Assembly (NCBI GenBank): GCA_963422645.2
Contig: CAXXVO010000009.1
Coordinates: forward strand, 128,001 to 192,000
DNA: 64,000 nt
Direction: 5' to 3'
Source of the DNA: Alphaproteobacteria bacterium
GTDB lineage: Bacteria; Pseudomonadota; Alphaproteobacteria; UBA828
A program made the translations under genes and the position numbers. This document shows, one piece after another, positions 9,840-19,695 of the stretch (position 1 is its first letter; every line of letters starts with the position of its first letter). The notes under the pieces are model-generated. The model was not told the DNA's origin. It did no database searches and saw nothing but the letters and a program-made list of their open reading frames with translations.

Positions 9840-10985
9840 TCAGAAACACGCCTCCAGCAGCTTTCGGGTGTTTTCCGCCGTCATGGGGACCGGGTTGCCG
9901 CCGGCTGTGGGGTCGTCGAGGGCCATGGCGGTGAGGTCGTCGAGACGGTCTGCTGTGACGTCCATCGCGCTGAGGGTCTTGGGGATGCCCAGTGTCTCGC
10001 GCAGCTCCAGCACGCGCTCGTGGAAGGCCGGATAGCCGCCCTTGAGCCCGAGATAGGCGGCGGCATGGGTGAGCCGTTCCTCCACCGCAGGGCGGTTCAT
10101 GTCGAGCACGTAGGGCATGACGCAGGCGTTGGTGGTGCCGTGGTGGGTGTCGAAGACAGCGCCAACCGGATGACTCAGCGCGTGGATCGCGCCGAGGCCC
10201 TTCTGAAACGCGGTCGCGCCCATGCTGGCAGCGGCCATCATGTGGCCCCGCGCCTCCAGATCGCTCCCGTCGGCGTAGGCGCGGCACAGGTTCTCATGCA
10301 CGAGGCGCATCCCCTCGAGCGCGATGCCCTGCCCCATGGGGTGATAGAAGGGCGAGCAATAGGCCTCCAGGCAGTGGGCCAGGGCGTCCATTCCCGTGCC
10401 AGCCGTGATCGGCTTCGGCATGCCGACGGTCAGCTCGGGGTCGGCGATGACCACCGTGGGCAGCACCTTGGGGTGGAAGATGATCTTCTTCACCCGCGTC
10501 TCGGAGTTGGTGATGACGCTGGCGCGGCCGACCTCGGACCCGGTGCCGGCGGTGGTGGGAAGGGCGATACTGGGTGCAATGGCGTCCGCATCGGCACGGG
10601 CCCACCAGTCGCCCACATCCTCGAAGTCCCAGACCGGGCGGGACTGGCCGGCCATGAAGGCGACCATCTTGCCGAGGTCCAGCGCCGAGCCGCCGCCGAA
10701 GGCGACCACGCCGTCGTGGCCGCCTGCGCGGTAGGCGACGACGCCGGCATCGAGGTTCTTCTCGGTGGGATTGGCGTCGACTTCCGCGAAGACCGCGCGG
10801 CCGAGACCGCCCTCCTCCATGACGTCGAGGGCGGCTTGCGTCATCGGCAGCGAGGCCAGGCCCCGGTCGGTCACGAGCAGGGGCCTCTGGATCTTTGCAT
10901 CGGCGCAGGCGGCCGGCAGCTCGGCGATGCGGCCCGCGCCGAAGCGGATGGCGGTGGGGTATGACCAGTTGGCGGTGAGCGTCAT
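9840..10985 (-). CDS. Iron-containing alcohol dehydrogenase
   Basis: GGGSALD, PTTAGTGSE, GMDALAH..E, HALSH and HHG iron-ligand motifs. Confidence 0.93.
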   Translation of the reverse strand: MTLTANWSYPTAIRFGAGRIAELPAACADAKIQRPLLVTDRGLASLPMTQAALDVMEEGGLGRAVFAEVDANPTEKNLDAGVVAYRAGGHDGVVAFGGGSALDLGKMVAFMAGQSRPVWDFEDVGDWWARADADAIAPSIALPTTAGTGSEVGRASVITNSETRVKKIIFHPKVLPTVVIADPELTVGMPKPITAGTGMDALAHCLEAYCSPFYHPMGQGIALEGMRLVHENLCRAYADGSDLEARGHMMAAASMGATAFQKGLGAIHALSHPVGAVFDTHHGTTNACVMPYVLDMNRPAVEERLTHAAAYLGLKGGYPAFHERVLELRETLGIPKTLSAMDVTADRLDDLTAMALDDPTAGGNPVPMTAENTRKLLEACF

Positions 10986-11032
10986 GGGATGACCTTCCTG
11001 GAGTGGAGAGGCTGGAACTGGACACGGGCGGA

Positions 11033-11563
11033 CTATCCAGCGTCCGACGAAGACCTTCCATACAGCGCCTCGGTGATCACGGCGAGGGGAAGGATGAGCT
11101 TGAGCGGATCGTCCAGCAGCCGCAGGGCGCCGAAGCGCCGGTACCACTGCGCGGCGTTCCGATCCTGCGCGTCGATGGCAAGCGCCACACCGCCGACCTC
11201 TGCCGCAACGGCCAACGCACGCGCGCCGGCGGCCAGCAGCAGATCGCCGCCGAGCCCCCGGCCCTGTGCGGATCGATCGACCGCGAGACGCCCGAGCCGG
11301 AATACGGGCACTTCGTAGCGGCCGAGCCTCTTGGTCAGGCTCTCCGGCACATCGGCGAACGCGATGGCGCCGGGACTGATCGTGTAGAAGCCGAGAATGT
11401 GTGTTGGTTCCGTTGTCGACACGGCGACAAAGGTCTTGGCGCCGCCTGACTCGTGGTTCTGCCGGGCGTAGCGGCGGAGATAGGCGTTGAGGTCCTCAAC
11501 CCCGCAATCGAAGCTCTTGCGGTCGTGATGGCGGCCGATGGGCTCTTCCCGCCAATCCACCAA
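11033..11563 (-). CDS. GNAT acetyltransferase toxin (AtaT/TacT-like)
   Basis: FDCG...LN.YL, LGRLAVD...QGRGLG and WY.RFG. Lies downstream of a DUF1778 antitoxin. Confidence 0.9.
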   Translation of the reverse strand: MVDWREEPIGRHHDRKSFDCGVEDLNAYLRRYARQNHESGGAKTFVAVSTTEPTHILGFYTISPGAIAFADVPESLTKRLGRYEVPVFRLGRLAVDRSAQGRGLGGDLLLAAGARALAVAAEVGGVALAIDAQDRNAAQWYRRFGALRLLDDPLKLILPLAVITEALYGRSSSDAG

Positions 11564-11568
11564 CGCGA

Positions 11569-11847
11569 TTACGTCCTGGCGGCACGGCGGCGCGCGGCTT
11601 CCATCAGGGCAGGCGTGGGTTCGGGAGGATTCTCCAGCAGTGACAACACGCGCGCACTGTCGCGTTCGGAGAGAACGATGCGCTCGGCGCGGTCCATCAC
11701 GTCCCGTGCGGCGGGAAGCGTGTTGCGCATGATGAAGCTGGTGAGGTCCAGCCGCTCGTGCGCGGCGGCGGCGGTCAGCAGCCGCTTTTCCTCCCTGGTC
11801 GCCCGCAGTTCAATCCGCTCTCCGCGCGGCGCAGCGGTCGCCGTCAT
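11569..11847 (-). CDS. DUF1778 (RHH) antitoxin, TacA/AtaR-like
   Basis: ERIELR....EK..L..AA.....LTSFI, then LSERD.....LLENPP.P.PAL. Confidence 0.9.
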   Translation of the reverse strand: MTATAAPRGERIELRATREEKRLLTAAAAHERLDLTSFIMRNTLPAARDVMDRAERIVLSERDSARVLSLLENPPEPTPALMEAARRRAART

Positions 11848-12399
11848 GGCCCCTTCCTCATTTCCCCAATTATGTACGGAAGAGATACGGACAATAAGGG
11901 CCGAGTCAAGATGCGTCGGCTGACCGCACGGCCCGGAACTCACATAGTGGCCGGAAATTAGGGACGACTGCCTCCGATCGATGAAGGCAGCCGTCCCCCC
12001 TCGCTGGGCCCGCGTTCTGTCCTGGGCCCGGTTCCTGGTGTTCGTCTACGCGTGGAGCTCGATGTCTATCGGGACCGGGTCAGCCGATGTGCGATCCTGT
12101 CGCGTCCGGTTGCCTCGCTGCGCGAGGCAGGATGGATCGCTCTATCGTCTCCTCGGCTCGCCAGCGCCTCCTACGTCGGGGCGCCGACCACGAGATGCCT
12201 TTTTGTGCTCCACCTCCTGTCGCCGGGCTGCACTTGATGGCGGCGTTCAGCGACGCGGTCGAGAGTGCCTGCCTGGCGAGATCGCGTCCAATACCGAATT
12301 CTCATAATTGGCATAAGAGCCGCTTATGCCGTGGCAGCATCGCCCCGAGAGGTCGTTGTGATGGCTATGTGGGAGTAGGTCGCGCGGTATTCCTGCCGC

Positions 12400-13761
12400 T
12401 TACTCCTCGCGCATTGAGCGGTAGAAGAAGTCCGTCACCGGCTTGACCAGATAGCTCATCACCGAGCGCTCTGAGGTACGGATGTGCGCCTCGACCGGCA
12501 TGCCGGGGGTCAACGCCAGATCCCCGGCCACCTGGATTGCTCCCGCCGAATTGCCCGTCTCATCCGCGCCACTCTCCCCGCCGGGGCCGAGCGGCCCATC
12601 CAGCGCAAGCTCGACCTCGTACCAGGAGGCTCCGCTCTCGGTATCGCGTACCGCGTCCGGCGAGACCCGCACCACGTGGCCGTCGAACTCCGGCGTCACG
12701 CGCGCGGGGAAGGCCGAGAAGCGCAGCTTCGCCGCCTGCCCCGGATAGACTTGGTCCACGTCGATCGGGTTGAGCTGCGCCATCACCACCAGCCCGGCAT
12801 CGTCCGGCATGATTTGCAGGATCGGCTCGCCCGGCCGCACCACCTCCTGCGGCGCGAACACCGCGAGCCCGAACACCTCGCCCGAGACCGGCGCCCGCAC
12901 CTCCATCCGGCCCAGGCTGTCGCGCACCGAGGCCAGGCGTTCCTCGACCTCGTTCTCCTGCGCCTGCACGTCGCGGGCCTGCGCCTCCGCCTGCTCGATG
13001 AGCCCTGCGTCGATTTGCAGAATCTGGATTTCGTACTCGGCTATCTTGCCCCGTGCGCGGGCGATGGAGGCCGTGACGGACCCCATCCGGCCCTTGAGAT
13101 CTTCGGCGGCGCGCTCGACCGCCAGCAGCCTGTCCAGCCGCGTGAGTTGCTTGTCGAAGAGCGTGCGCTGGGCCTCCAGCTCGCGGTCGACCAGCCCGAC
13201 CTGTTCCTGCAACGAGGCCGACTGGGCTTCGAGGCCGGCGATTTCCTCCTGCGCCTGCCCGATCCGCTCGCGGAACTGCGCCACCTCGCCGGCACGGGCA
13301 GCAGCCCGCGCCGCGAACAACCGCTCCTGGCCGTCGAGGATGTCCCGCGCCCGGGGGTCCGCCGCCGCCGTCGCCGCTAGCTCAGCGTCCCAGACGATGG
13401 CCGCCGCGCCCTAAAACTCGGCCTCCAGCCGGTTCCGCCGCGCCACGAGCTCGGCATGTTGGGCTTCGAGGATGGCTGCCTCCGAGCGCAGCCTCCCGTC
13501 GCTGAAGCACAGCAACACGTCGCCCTCGGCCACGCGGTCGCCGTTGCGCACCAGGATCTCGCTGACCGTGCCGCCCTCGATGTGCTCGACCACCTGGTTG
13601 TGGTTCTCGACCTCGACCCGGCCGCTGGCGACAACCGCGCCAGAGATCGAAGCGAGCACGCTCCAGCCCACGAGGCCGACGACCAGCACCACCACGCTGG
13701 CGAACCCGAGCACCAGCGCCCGCCCGGCCGAGAAGCGCCTGCGGGACGTGCGCGCCGTCAT
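12400..13761 (-). pseudogene. HlyD/PrtE type I secretion adaptor with a single in-frame TAG (13411-13413)
   Basis: N-terminal TM and lipoyl-like half (V.H.EGG.V..I.VRNGD.V..GD), then RAPVSG and L.PGMPVE...T.ERS..SYL.KP. The frame continues unbroken across the TAG. Confidence 0.85.
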
Positions 13762-15542
13762 GGTGCGCTCTCCCCGATCAACTGGCTGACCGTGGCGGCG
13801 ATCTGCTCGTCAGGGCTCTGCGCGGGAGCGGGCAGAGAGTCTCCCCTCTTCCTCACGCTCACCGGCAAGCGTTCGACGGGCGCCTTGCGGTCGCGCGCGG
13901 CGGGCACCGGACGCCCGCCCTCCATCAGATAGACTTGGCCGCACTGCGCGAAGGCGCTTTGACGATGGGCGACGACGACCGCCGCGCCGCCCCGCTCCTT
14001 GTGTCCCTGGACCGCGCGGGCGAGCGCCATGGTACCGACCGCATCCAGGTTGGAATCGGGCTCGTCCAGCACCACCACCACGGGCGAGCCATAGAAGGCG
14101 CGGGCCAGCGCGATGCGTTGGCGCTGCCCGCCCGAGAGCGCCGCGCCGCCCGCCGAGATCTGAAAGTCATAGCCGTCCGGCAGCCGCAGGATCATCTCGT
14201 GCGCGCCGGTACGCTTCGCGGCATCGACCACGTCCTCGTCCCTGGCGGCGGGCGAGAAGCGGGCGATGTTCTCGGCGACGGTGCCCCCGAAGAGCACCAC
14301 TTCCTGCGGCAGGTAGCCGACGTGCTGGCCCAGCGTCTGGCCGTACTGATCGAGCGCTGCGCCGTCGAGCCGCACCGTGCCGCCTATCGGCCGCCAGACG
14401 CCCGCGAGCGCGCGGGCGAGCGTGGACTTGCCGGACGCCGACGGCCCCGCGATCCCCATCGCCTGCCCCGGTTCGAGCCGGAACGACGCGCCGCGCACCG
14501 CAGGCGCCCTCGCGCCCGGCGCCGCAACCGTGAGCGCCTGGGCTTCCAGGATGGCGCAGGGCTGGGGCAGCTCCGTGCGATGCTGCTCCGGCGGCGTTTT
14601 TTCCAGGAGTTCCGCCAGAGAGCGACGCGCCGCCAGCACGCGCTGCAGCTGCGGCCACTGCGCCACCGCCTGATCGATCGGCGCAAGCGCGCGGCCCAGC
14701 AGGATCGAAGCGGCGATCATCACCCCAAAACTCACCTGGCCGTGGATTGCGAGCCAGGCGCCGAGCCCCAGCATCATGGACTGGAGGAAGAGCCGGAGCG
14801 TCTTGGAGGTGACGTGGAAGAAGCCACTCCGGTCGGACGCCGCTAAGGTCCGCTCGAGCAACTCGTCCCTGTATTCGTCGGAGCGCGCGATCACCGCGTC
14901 CTGCATGCCGAGGCCGTGCACGGTCTCGCTGCCGGCCCGCATCTGCTCGACGAAGTGCGCGGAGCGGTTGTGCGCCTCGCTCACCTCGTGCTGCAGCCGC
15001 GCCGTCCGCGCCTGGTTGAGCAGGGCGATGAGCAGCAGCAGGATGCCCGAGAACACCGCCAAGGCGCCCAGCATCCAATGGAACATGAAGAGCGCGCAGA
15101 GGAACACCGGCGTCCACGGCGCATCGAAGAAGGCGAAGGGCCCTGAGCCCGCGAAGAAGCGCTGGATCGCTTCGAGATCGCGCACCCCGGTCGCGGGCCG
15201 GGACCGCTCGGCGGGTGCAATGGCGCGGGTCAGGATTGCCCGCAGCACTCGCGAATCGAGCCTGGCCTGAAGCCGGGCTCCGGCGCGAGCCAGCACGCGG
15301 CCGCGCGCGTGATCCAGAATCCCCATCATCAGGAAGAGGAAGGCGACGATGCCGATGAGCGTGACCAGCGTCGCCTCCGAGCGCGAGGCCAGCACCCGGT
15401 CGTAGACCTGGAGCATGAAGAGCGGCCCGGTCAGCATCAGGATGTTCACGAAGACGCTGAAGAGGCCGACCGAGACGAAGAGGCGCCGGCTCTCCGCTAG
15501 TGCGCCTCTAATCTCCCGATCGCCGTTCCGGCTCTCCGACAT
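13758..15542 (-). CDS. Type I secretion ABC permease/ATPase (PrtD/AprD family)
   Basis: MLQVYDRVL.SRS, FDAPW.P, Walker A GPSASGKST, LSGGQRQR and LDEP.SNLD. Confidence 0.93.
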   Translation of the reverse strand: MSESRNGDREIRGALAESRRLFVSVGLFSVFVNILMLTGPLFMLQVYDRVLASRSEATLVTLIGIVAFLFLMMGILDHARGRVLARAGARLQARLDSRVLRAILTRAIAPAERSRPATGVRDLEAIQRFFAGSGPFAFFDAPWTPVFLCALFMFHWMLGALAVFSGILLLLIALLNQARTARLQHEVSEAHNRSAHFVEQMRAGSETVHGLGMQDAVIARSDEYRDELLERTLAASDRSGFFHVTSKTLRLFLQSMMLGLGAWLAIHGQVSFGVMIAASILLGRALAPIDQAVAQWPQLQRVLAARRSLAELLEKTPPEQHRTELPQPCAILEAQALTVAAPGARAPAVRGASFRLEPGQAMGIAGPSASGKSTLARALAGVWRPIGGTVRLDGAALDQYGQTLGQHVGYLPQEVVLFGGTVAENIARFSPAARDEDVVDAAKRTGAHEMILRLPDGYDFQISAGGAALSGGQRQRIALARAFYGSPVVVVLDEPDSNLDAVGTMALARAVQGHKERGGAAVVVAHRQSAFAQCGQVYLMEGGRPVPAARDRKAPVERLPVSVRKRGDSLPAPAQSPDEQIAATVSQLIGESAP

Positions 15543-15829
15543 TGAACTGCTTCCCTATGGATTGACCGACCGTGTCATCTTTCTCAGCGCTCCTGCCGGC
15601 GCCCCCGCGCCCCTTGTTCCGGGTGGATCGAATGCTGTCTCTCTTGGAATTGGCGCCGGCGTGAGCGCCTTCAACGCCGGCCCGGGAATTATATTCTTAT
15701 GGTTGCCCTAATATGCCTTAGCGGCAGTCCCGCGCCGGTGTGCGGTCCCGTCGCGTTGCGGCGGGGGCGGGGCGGACGCAGAATGGAATGGGCCGATGCG
15801 GGCCTCGCAAAGGGAGCGGAGAGCCTTTC

Positions 15830-17056
15830 ATGGCAGGAGCGATGATCGACATTCCCGTCGCCGGCGGCGGCGAGTTCAGGGGCTATATGACGGTGCCGGA
15901 AGCGGGCAGCGGGCCGGGCCTGCTGATCGAGCAGGAGATTTTCGGGGTCAACGCGAGCCTGCGGGCGATCGCCGACCTTTACGCCGAGGAAGGCTATGTC
16001 TGCCTCGTGCCCGATCTCTTCTGGCGGATGGAGCCGGGCGTGGACCTCGGCTACGACCAGGCCGACTTCGCCAAGGCCTTCGGGTATTACCAGCGCTTCG
16101 ACGTGGACCAGGGAGTCGCCGACGTCGGTGCCGCGGTCGAAGCCTTGCGGGCGCGGCCGGAGTGCACGGGCCAAGTGGCGGCGATGGGCTTCTGCCTCGG
16201 CGGCAAGCTCGCCTACCTCACCGCCACGCGGCACGACGTGGACGCGGCGGTCTCGTTCTACGGCGTCGGCATCGAGGAGGCGCTGGACGAGTCAGGGGGT
16301 ATCGCTTGCCCCATGCTCATGCACTTCGCCGGCGAGGATGGGTTCGTCCCGCAGACGGCAGTGGATGCCATCTCGGACCACTTCGCCGATCGGCCGGAGG
16401 TGCGGATCCACGTCTATCCCGGCGTGGATCATGCCTTCTACAACCACGATCGGAGCGAGGTTTACCACCGACCGTCGGCCATGGTCGCTCATTCGCGCAC
16501 CATCGCGCTGCTGCGGGGTGCGATCGGCCCCGCTTACGACCTCGAGAGGCTGTGGGATCGTCACCTCGACTACGAGTTCGCGACGCGGGACACCGACAAG
16601 ACCATGGCCACCATGGTGGCCGAGCCCTACGTCAACCACATCCCGACAATGACCGGCGGCACCGGCGCCGACGCGCTGAGCCGCTTCTACGCCGAGCACT
16701 TCATCCCGAAGATGCCGAAGGACACGACGCTGACCCCGCTTTCGCGCACGGTGGGCGCGGACCGGGTGGTGGACGAGCTGATCTTCAGCTTCACCCACAA
16801 CGAGGAGATCGACTGGATGCTCCCCGGCGTGGCCCCCACGGGCAAGAGGGTCAGCGTGCCGCTGGTCGCCATCGTGGCCTTCCGCGGCGACAGGCTCCAT
16901 CACGAGCACATCTATTGGGATCAGGCCTCGGTGCTGGTGCAGATCGGTTTGCTGGAGCCGCAGGGGCTGCCTGTCGGCGGCGTCGAGACCGCGCACAAGG
17001 CCGCCGACGAGTCGCTGCCGTCGAACCGCCTGATCCCCGGCTGGTCCGACGACTAG
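15830..17056 (+). CDS. Dienelactone hydrolase fused to a SnoaL/NTF2-like domain
   Basis: QEIFGVN, nucleophile GFCLGG and HVYPGVDHAF. The C-terminal domain has PYVNHIPT and HEHIYWDQASVL. Confidence 0.88.
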   Translation: MAGAMIDIPVAGGGEFRGYMTVPEAGSGPGLLIEQEIFGVNASLRAIADLYAEEGYVCLVPDLFWRMEPGVDLGYDQADFAKAFGYYQRFDVDQGVADVGAAVEALRARPECTGQVAAMGFCLGGKLAYLTATRHDVDAAVSFYGVGIEEALDESGGIACPMLMHFAGEDGFVPQTAVDAISDHFADRPEVRIHVYPGVDHAFYNHDRSEVYHRPSAMVAHSRTIALLRGAIGPAYDLERLWDRHLDYEFATRDTDKTMATMVAEPYVNHIPTMTGGTGADALSRFYAEHFIPKMPKDTTLTPLSRTVGADRVVDELIFSFTHNEEIDWMLPGVAPTGKRVSVPLVAIVAFRGDRLHHEHIYWDQASVLVQIGLLEPQGLPVGGVETAHKAADESLPSNRLIPGWSDD

Positions 17057-17099
17057 AACGCCCGAGGCCGATGGCGGCGCACGCTCGGGCCAGCGAGGC

Positions 17100-19535
17100 A
17101 TGAGCACGCTCGGCACAGCGTTGGAACGAGTCGAGGATGCGGCGCTGCTCATGGGCTGCGGCCGCTATATCGACGACATGCCGGTTGCGCCCGGCACGGG
17201 CCACGCCGCCATCCTGCGCTCGCCCCACCCCCATGCGCGCCTCTTGAGCATCGACACGGCGGCGGCAGAGGCGCTGCCGGGCGTGCATGCCGTGGTCAGG
17301 GGAGAGGACGCGCGCGCCTGGTCCACGCCCTTCCTTGTTGGTGTGCGCCAGCCCATGGAGCACTGGTGCATCGCCACCGACCGGGTGCGCTACGCCGGCG
17401 AGCCGGTGGCCATCGTGGTGGCGGAGGACCGCTACCGCGCCGAGGACGCGCTCGTGCTCATCGACGTGCGCTACGAGCCGCTGGACGCCATCGTCGATCC
17501 CGAGGCAGCGCTTGGCGCAGATGCGCCCGTGCTGCACGAGGCTGTCGGCAGCAACCTCATCAGCGAGCGGAGGTTCCGCTACGGCGAGCCGGAGGCGGCG
17601 TTCGAGGCGGCGGCGCACAAGGTCGCGACCACGGTGCGCTACCCGCGCAATTCCTGCACCCCCATCGAGTGCCTCGGCCTGATCGCCGCCTACGACCCAG
17701 GCGAGGACGCCTACGACGTGCTCTCTCACTTCCAAGGGCCACTCACGCTGCATCCGGTCATGGCGCGGGCGCTCAAGGTGCCGGGGCCGCGCTTCCGGCT
17801 GCGCTCTGTACCGGATTCCGGCGGCAGCTTCGGGGTCAAGCAGGCGGTCTTCCCTTACATCGTCGCGATGGCGCTGGCGGCGCGAAAGGCCGCGCGGCCG
17901 GTCAAGTGGATCGAGGATCGGCTGGAGCATCTGCTGGCGGCCACCTCGGCGACCAACCGGGTGACGCGGATCGAGGCGGCTGTGGAGGCGAACGGCAGGG
18001 TCACGGCGCTCCGCCTCGACCAGCTCGAGGATTGCGGCGCCTACCTGCGCGCGCCCGAGCCCGCGACGCTTTACCGCAACCACGGCAACCTCACGGGCCC
18101 CTATCAGATCGCCCATCTCGCGGTGAGGAACCGTGTGGTCGTGACCAACAAGACGCCCACAGGGCTCAACCGGGGTTTTGGGGGACCGCAGCTCTACTAC
18201 GCGCTGGAGCGGCTGATGCAGCGCGTCGCCACAACCTTGAGCCTCGATCCGCTGGCGGTGATCCGGCGCAATCTGGTGCCGGCCGACGCCATGCCCTATC
18301 GCGCCGCCGCCGGCGCGGTGCTCGATGCCGGCGACTTTCCCGCCACCGTGGATTACGGCGCCGTCGAGGGAGCGCTCGACGCGCTGCGCGCCAAGCGCGA
18401 CGCGGCGCGGGCGGAGGGGCGGCTCTACGGTATCGGCTTCGCCGCCGCGGTGGAATCCAGCATCTCCAACATGGGCTACATCACCACCGTGCTCAGCGCC
18501 GAAGAACGCCGCAAGGCGGGACCCAAGGACGGCGCCGTCAGCTACGCCACGGTGGCGGTGGATCCTCTCGGCGCCGTGACCGTGACCGCCGATTCGATCC
18601 CGCAGGGTCAGGGCCACCGCACGGTGCTGGCGCAGGTGGTGGGCGACGCGCTGGGCCTCGCGCCGGAGCAGATCACGGTCGCACTGGAGCACGACACCCA
18701 GCGGGACCCATGGTCCATCGCCGCCGGCAACTATTCGAGCCGTTTCTCGGGCGCGGTCGCGGGTACCGCGCACCTCGCGGCGGTACGGGTGCGCGAGCGC
18801 CTCGCGCGGATCGCAAGCCAGCAGCTCAACGCGCGGCCTGAGGACGTGCGCTTCGAGCAGGGGCGCATCTTCGCCGCCGGCAACCCGGGCAACGATCTCG
18901 ACTTCCGCCGGGTGGCGTCGCTCGCCCACTGGTCGCCGGGCAGCCTTCCGGAGGGCGTGCCCCCTGCGCTGCGCGAGACCGCGCGCTGGACCCCGCCGGA
19001 GCTCACGCCGCCCGATGAGGACGACCGGGTCAACAGCTCGGCGGCCTACAGCTTCATCTTCGATTTCTGCGGGGTGGAGGTCGACCGTGCGACCGGCGCC
19101 GTCGCCATCGACCGCTACGCCACCACCCACGACGCCGGCCGTCGCCTCAACCCGGCGCTGGTGGACGGCCAGATTCGAGGCGCCTTCGCCCACGCGGTGG
19201 GCGCTGCGCTCTACGAGGAACTCGCCTATTCCGAGGACGGCAGCTTCCTCTCGGGCACCCTTGCCGATTACCTGGTGCCGACCGCCTGCGAGGTGCCGGA
19301 CCCGCTCATCCTGCACCGCGACACCCTGAGCCCGGTGACGCCGCTCGGCGCCAAGGGCGTCGGCGAAGGCAACTGCATGACCACGCCCGTCTGCCTCGCC
19401 AACGCCGTGGCGGACGCGCTGGGAGCGGAGTGCCTGGACCTGCCGCTCACGCCGGCCCGCATCGGCGCCTTGATCCACGGGCCCGAGAGGCCAGAGCCGG
19501 CGGCCACGGGTTTGGAACAGAACTCAGGGCTATAG
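17100..19535 (+). CDS. hmfA: Xanthine dehydrogenase-family Mo subunit, likely 2-furoyl-CoA dehydrogenase large subunit
   Basis: RVED..L..G...Y.DD, GGSFGVK, RGFGGPQ, QGQGH.T and GAKGVGE. Context of hmfB-E-like genes. Confidence 0.8.
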   Translation: MSTLGTALERVEDAALLMGCGRYIDDMPVAPGTGHAAILRSPHPHARLLSIDTAAAEALPGVHAVVRGEDARAWSTPFLVGVRQPMEHWCIATDRVRYAGEPVAIVVAEDRYRAEDALVLIDVRYEPLDAIVDPEAALGADAPVLHEAVGSNLISERRFRYGEPEAAFEAAAHKVATTVRYPRNSCTPIECLGLIAAYDPGEDAYDVLSHFQGPLTLHPVMARALKVPGPRFRLRSVPDSGGSFGVKQAVFPYIVAMALAARKAARPVKWIEDRLEHLLAATSATNRVTRIEAAVEANGRVTALRLDQLEDCGAYLRAPEPATLYRNHGNLTGPYQIAHLAVRNRVVVTNKTPTGLNRGFGGPQLYYALERLMQRVATTLSLDPLAVIRRNLVPADAMPYRAAAGAVLDAGDFPATVDYGAVEGALDALRAKRDAARAEGRLYGIGFAAAVESSISNMGYITTVLSAEERRKAGPKDGAVSYATVAVDPLGAVTVTADSIPQGQGHRTVLAQVVGDALGLAPEQITVALEHDTQRDPWSIAAGNYSSRFSGAVAGTAHLAAVRVRERLARIASQQLNARPEDVRFEQGRIFAAGNPGNDLDFRRVASLAHWSPGSLPEGVPPALRETARWTPPELTPPDEDDRVNSSAAYSFIFDFCGVEVDRATGAVAIDRYATTHDAGRRLNPALVDGQIRGAFAHAVGAALYEELAYSEDGSFLSGTLADYLVPTACEVPDPLILHRDTLSPVTPLGAKGVGEGNCMTTPVCLANAVADALGAECLDLPLTPARIGALIHGPERPEPAATGLEQNSGL

Positions 19536-19581
19536 CGCCCCGTTGTCGAAGTTCGTATCCACTCGCGCACCATCACATCAC

Positions 19582-19678
19582 GTCATGGCCGGGCTTGTCC
19601 CGGCCATCCATGGCATCGTCTCGCCGTCTCGGGGAAGGGCGCAACCACATGGATGCCCGGATCAAGTCCGGGCATGAC
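19582..19678. repeat. Alphaproteobacterial REP-like palindromic doublet
   Basis: GTCATGGCCGGGCTTGTCCCGGCCATCCA...TGGATGCCCGGATCAAGTCCGGGCATGAC. A second copy lies at 33120. Confidence 0.85.
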
Positions 19679-19695
19679 AGCGTGTGTGTGGTTAA

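Noticed and set aside
13411-13413. Pyrrolysine or recoded TAG in the adaptor gene
   Set aside because: TAG is a normal stop for many genes here (e.g. 17056, 19535, 25297) and no pyl genes are seen.
16851-19478. Long antisense/alternate-frame ORFs (875 aa here; also 30093-31829, 34213-36210, 38557-40323)
   Set aside because: Shadow ORFs expected at high GC opposite well-supported genes; no motifs.
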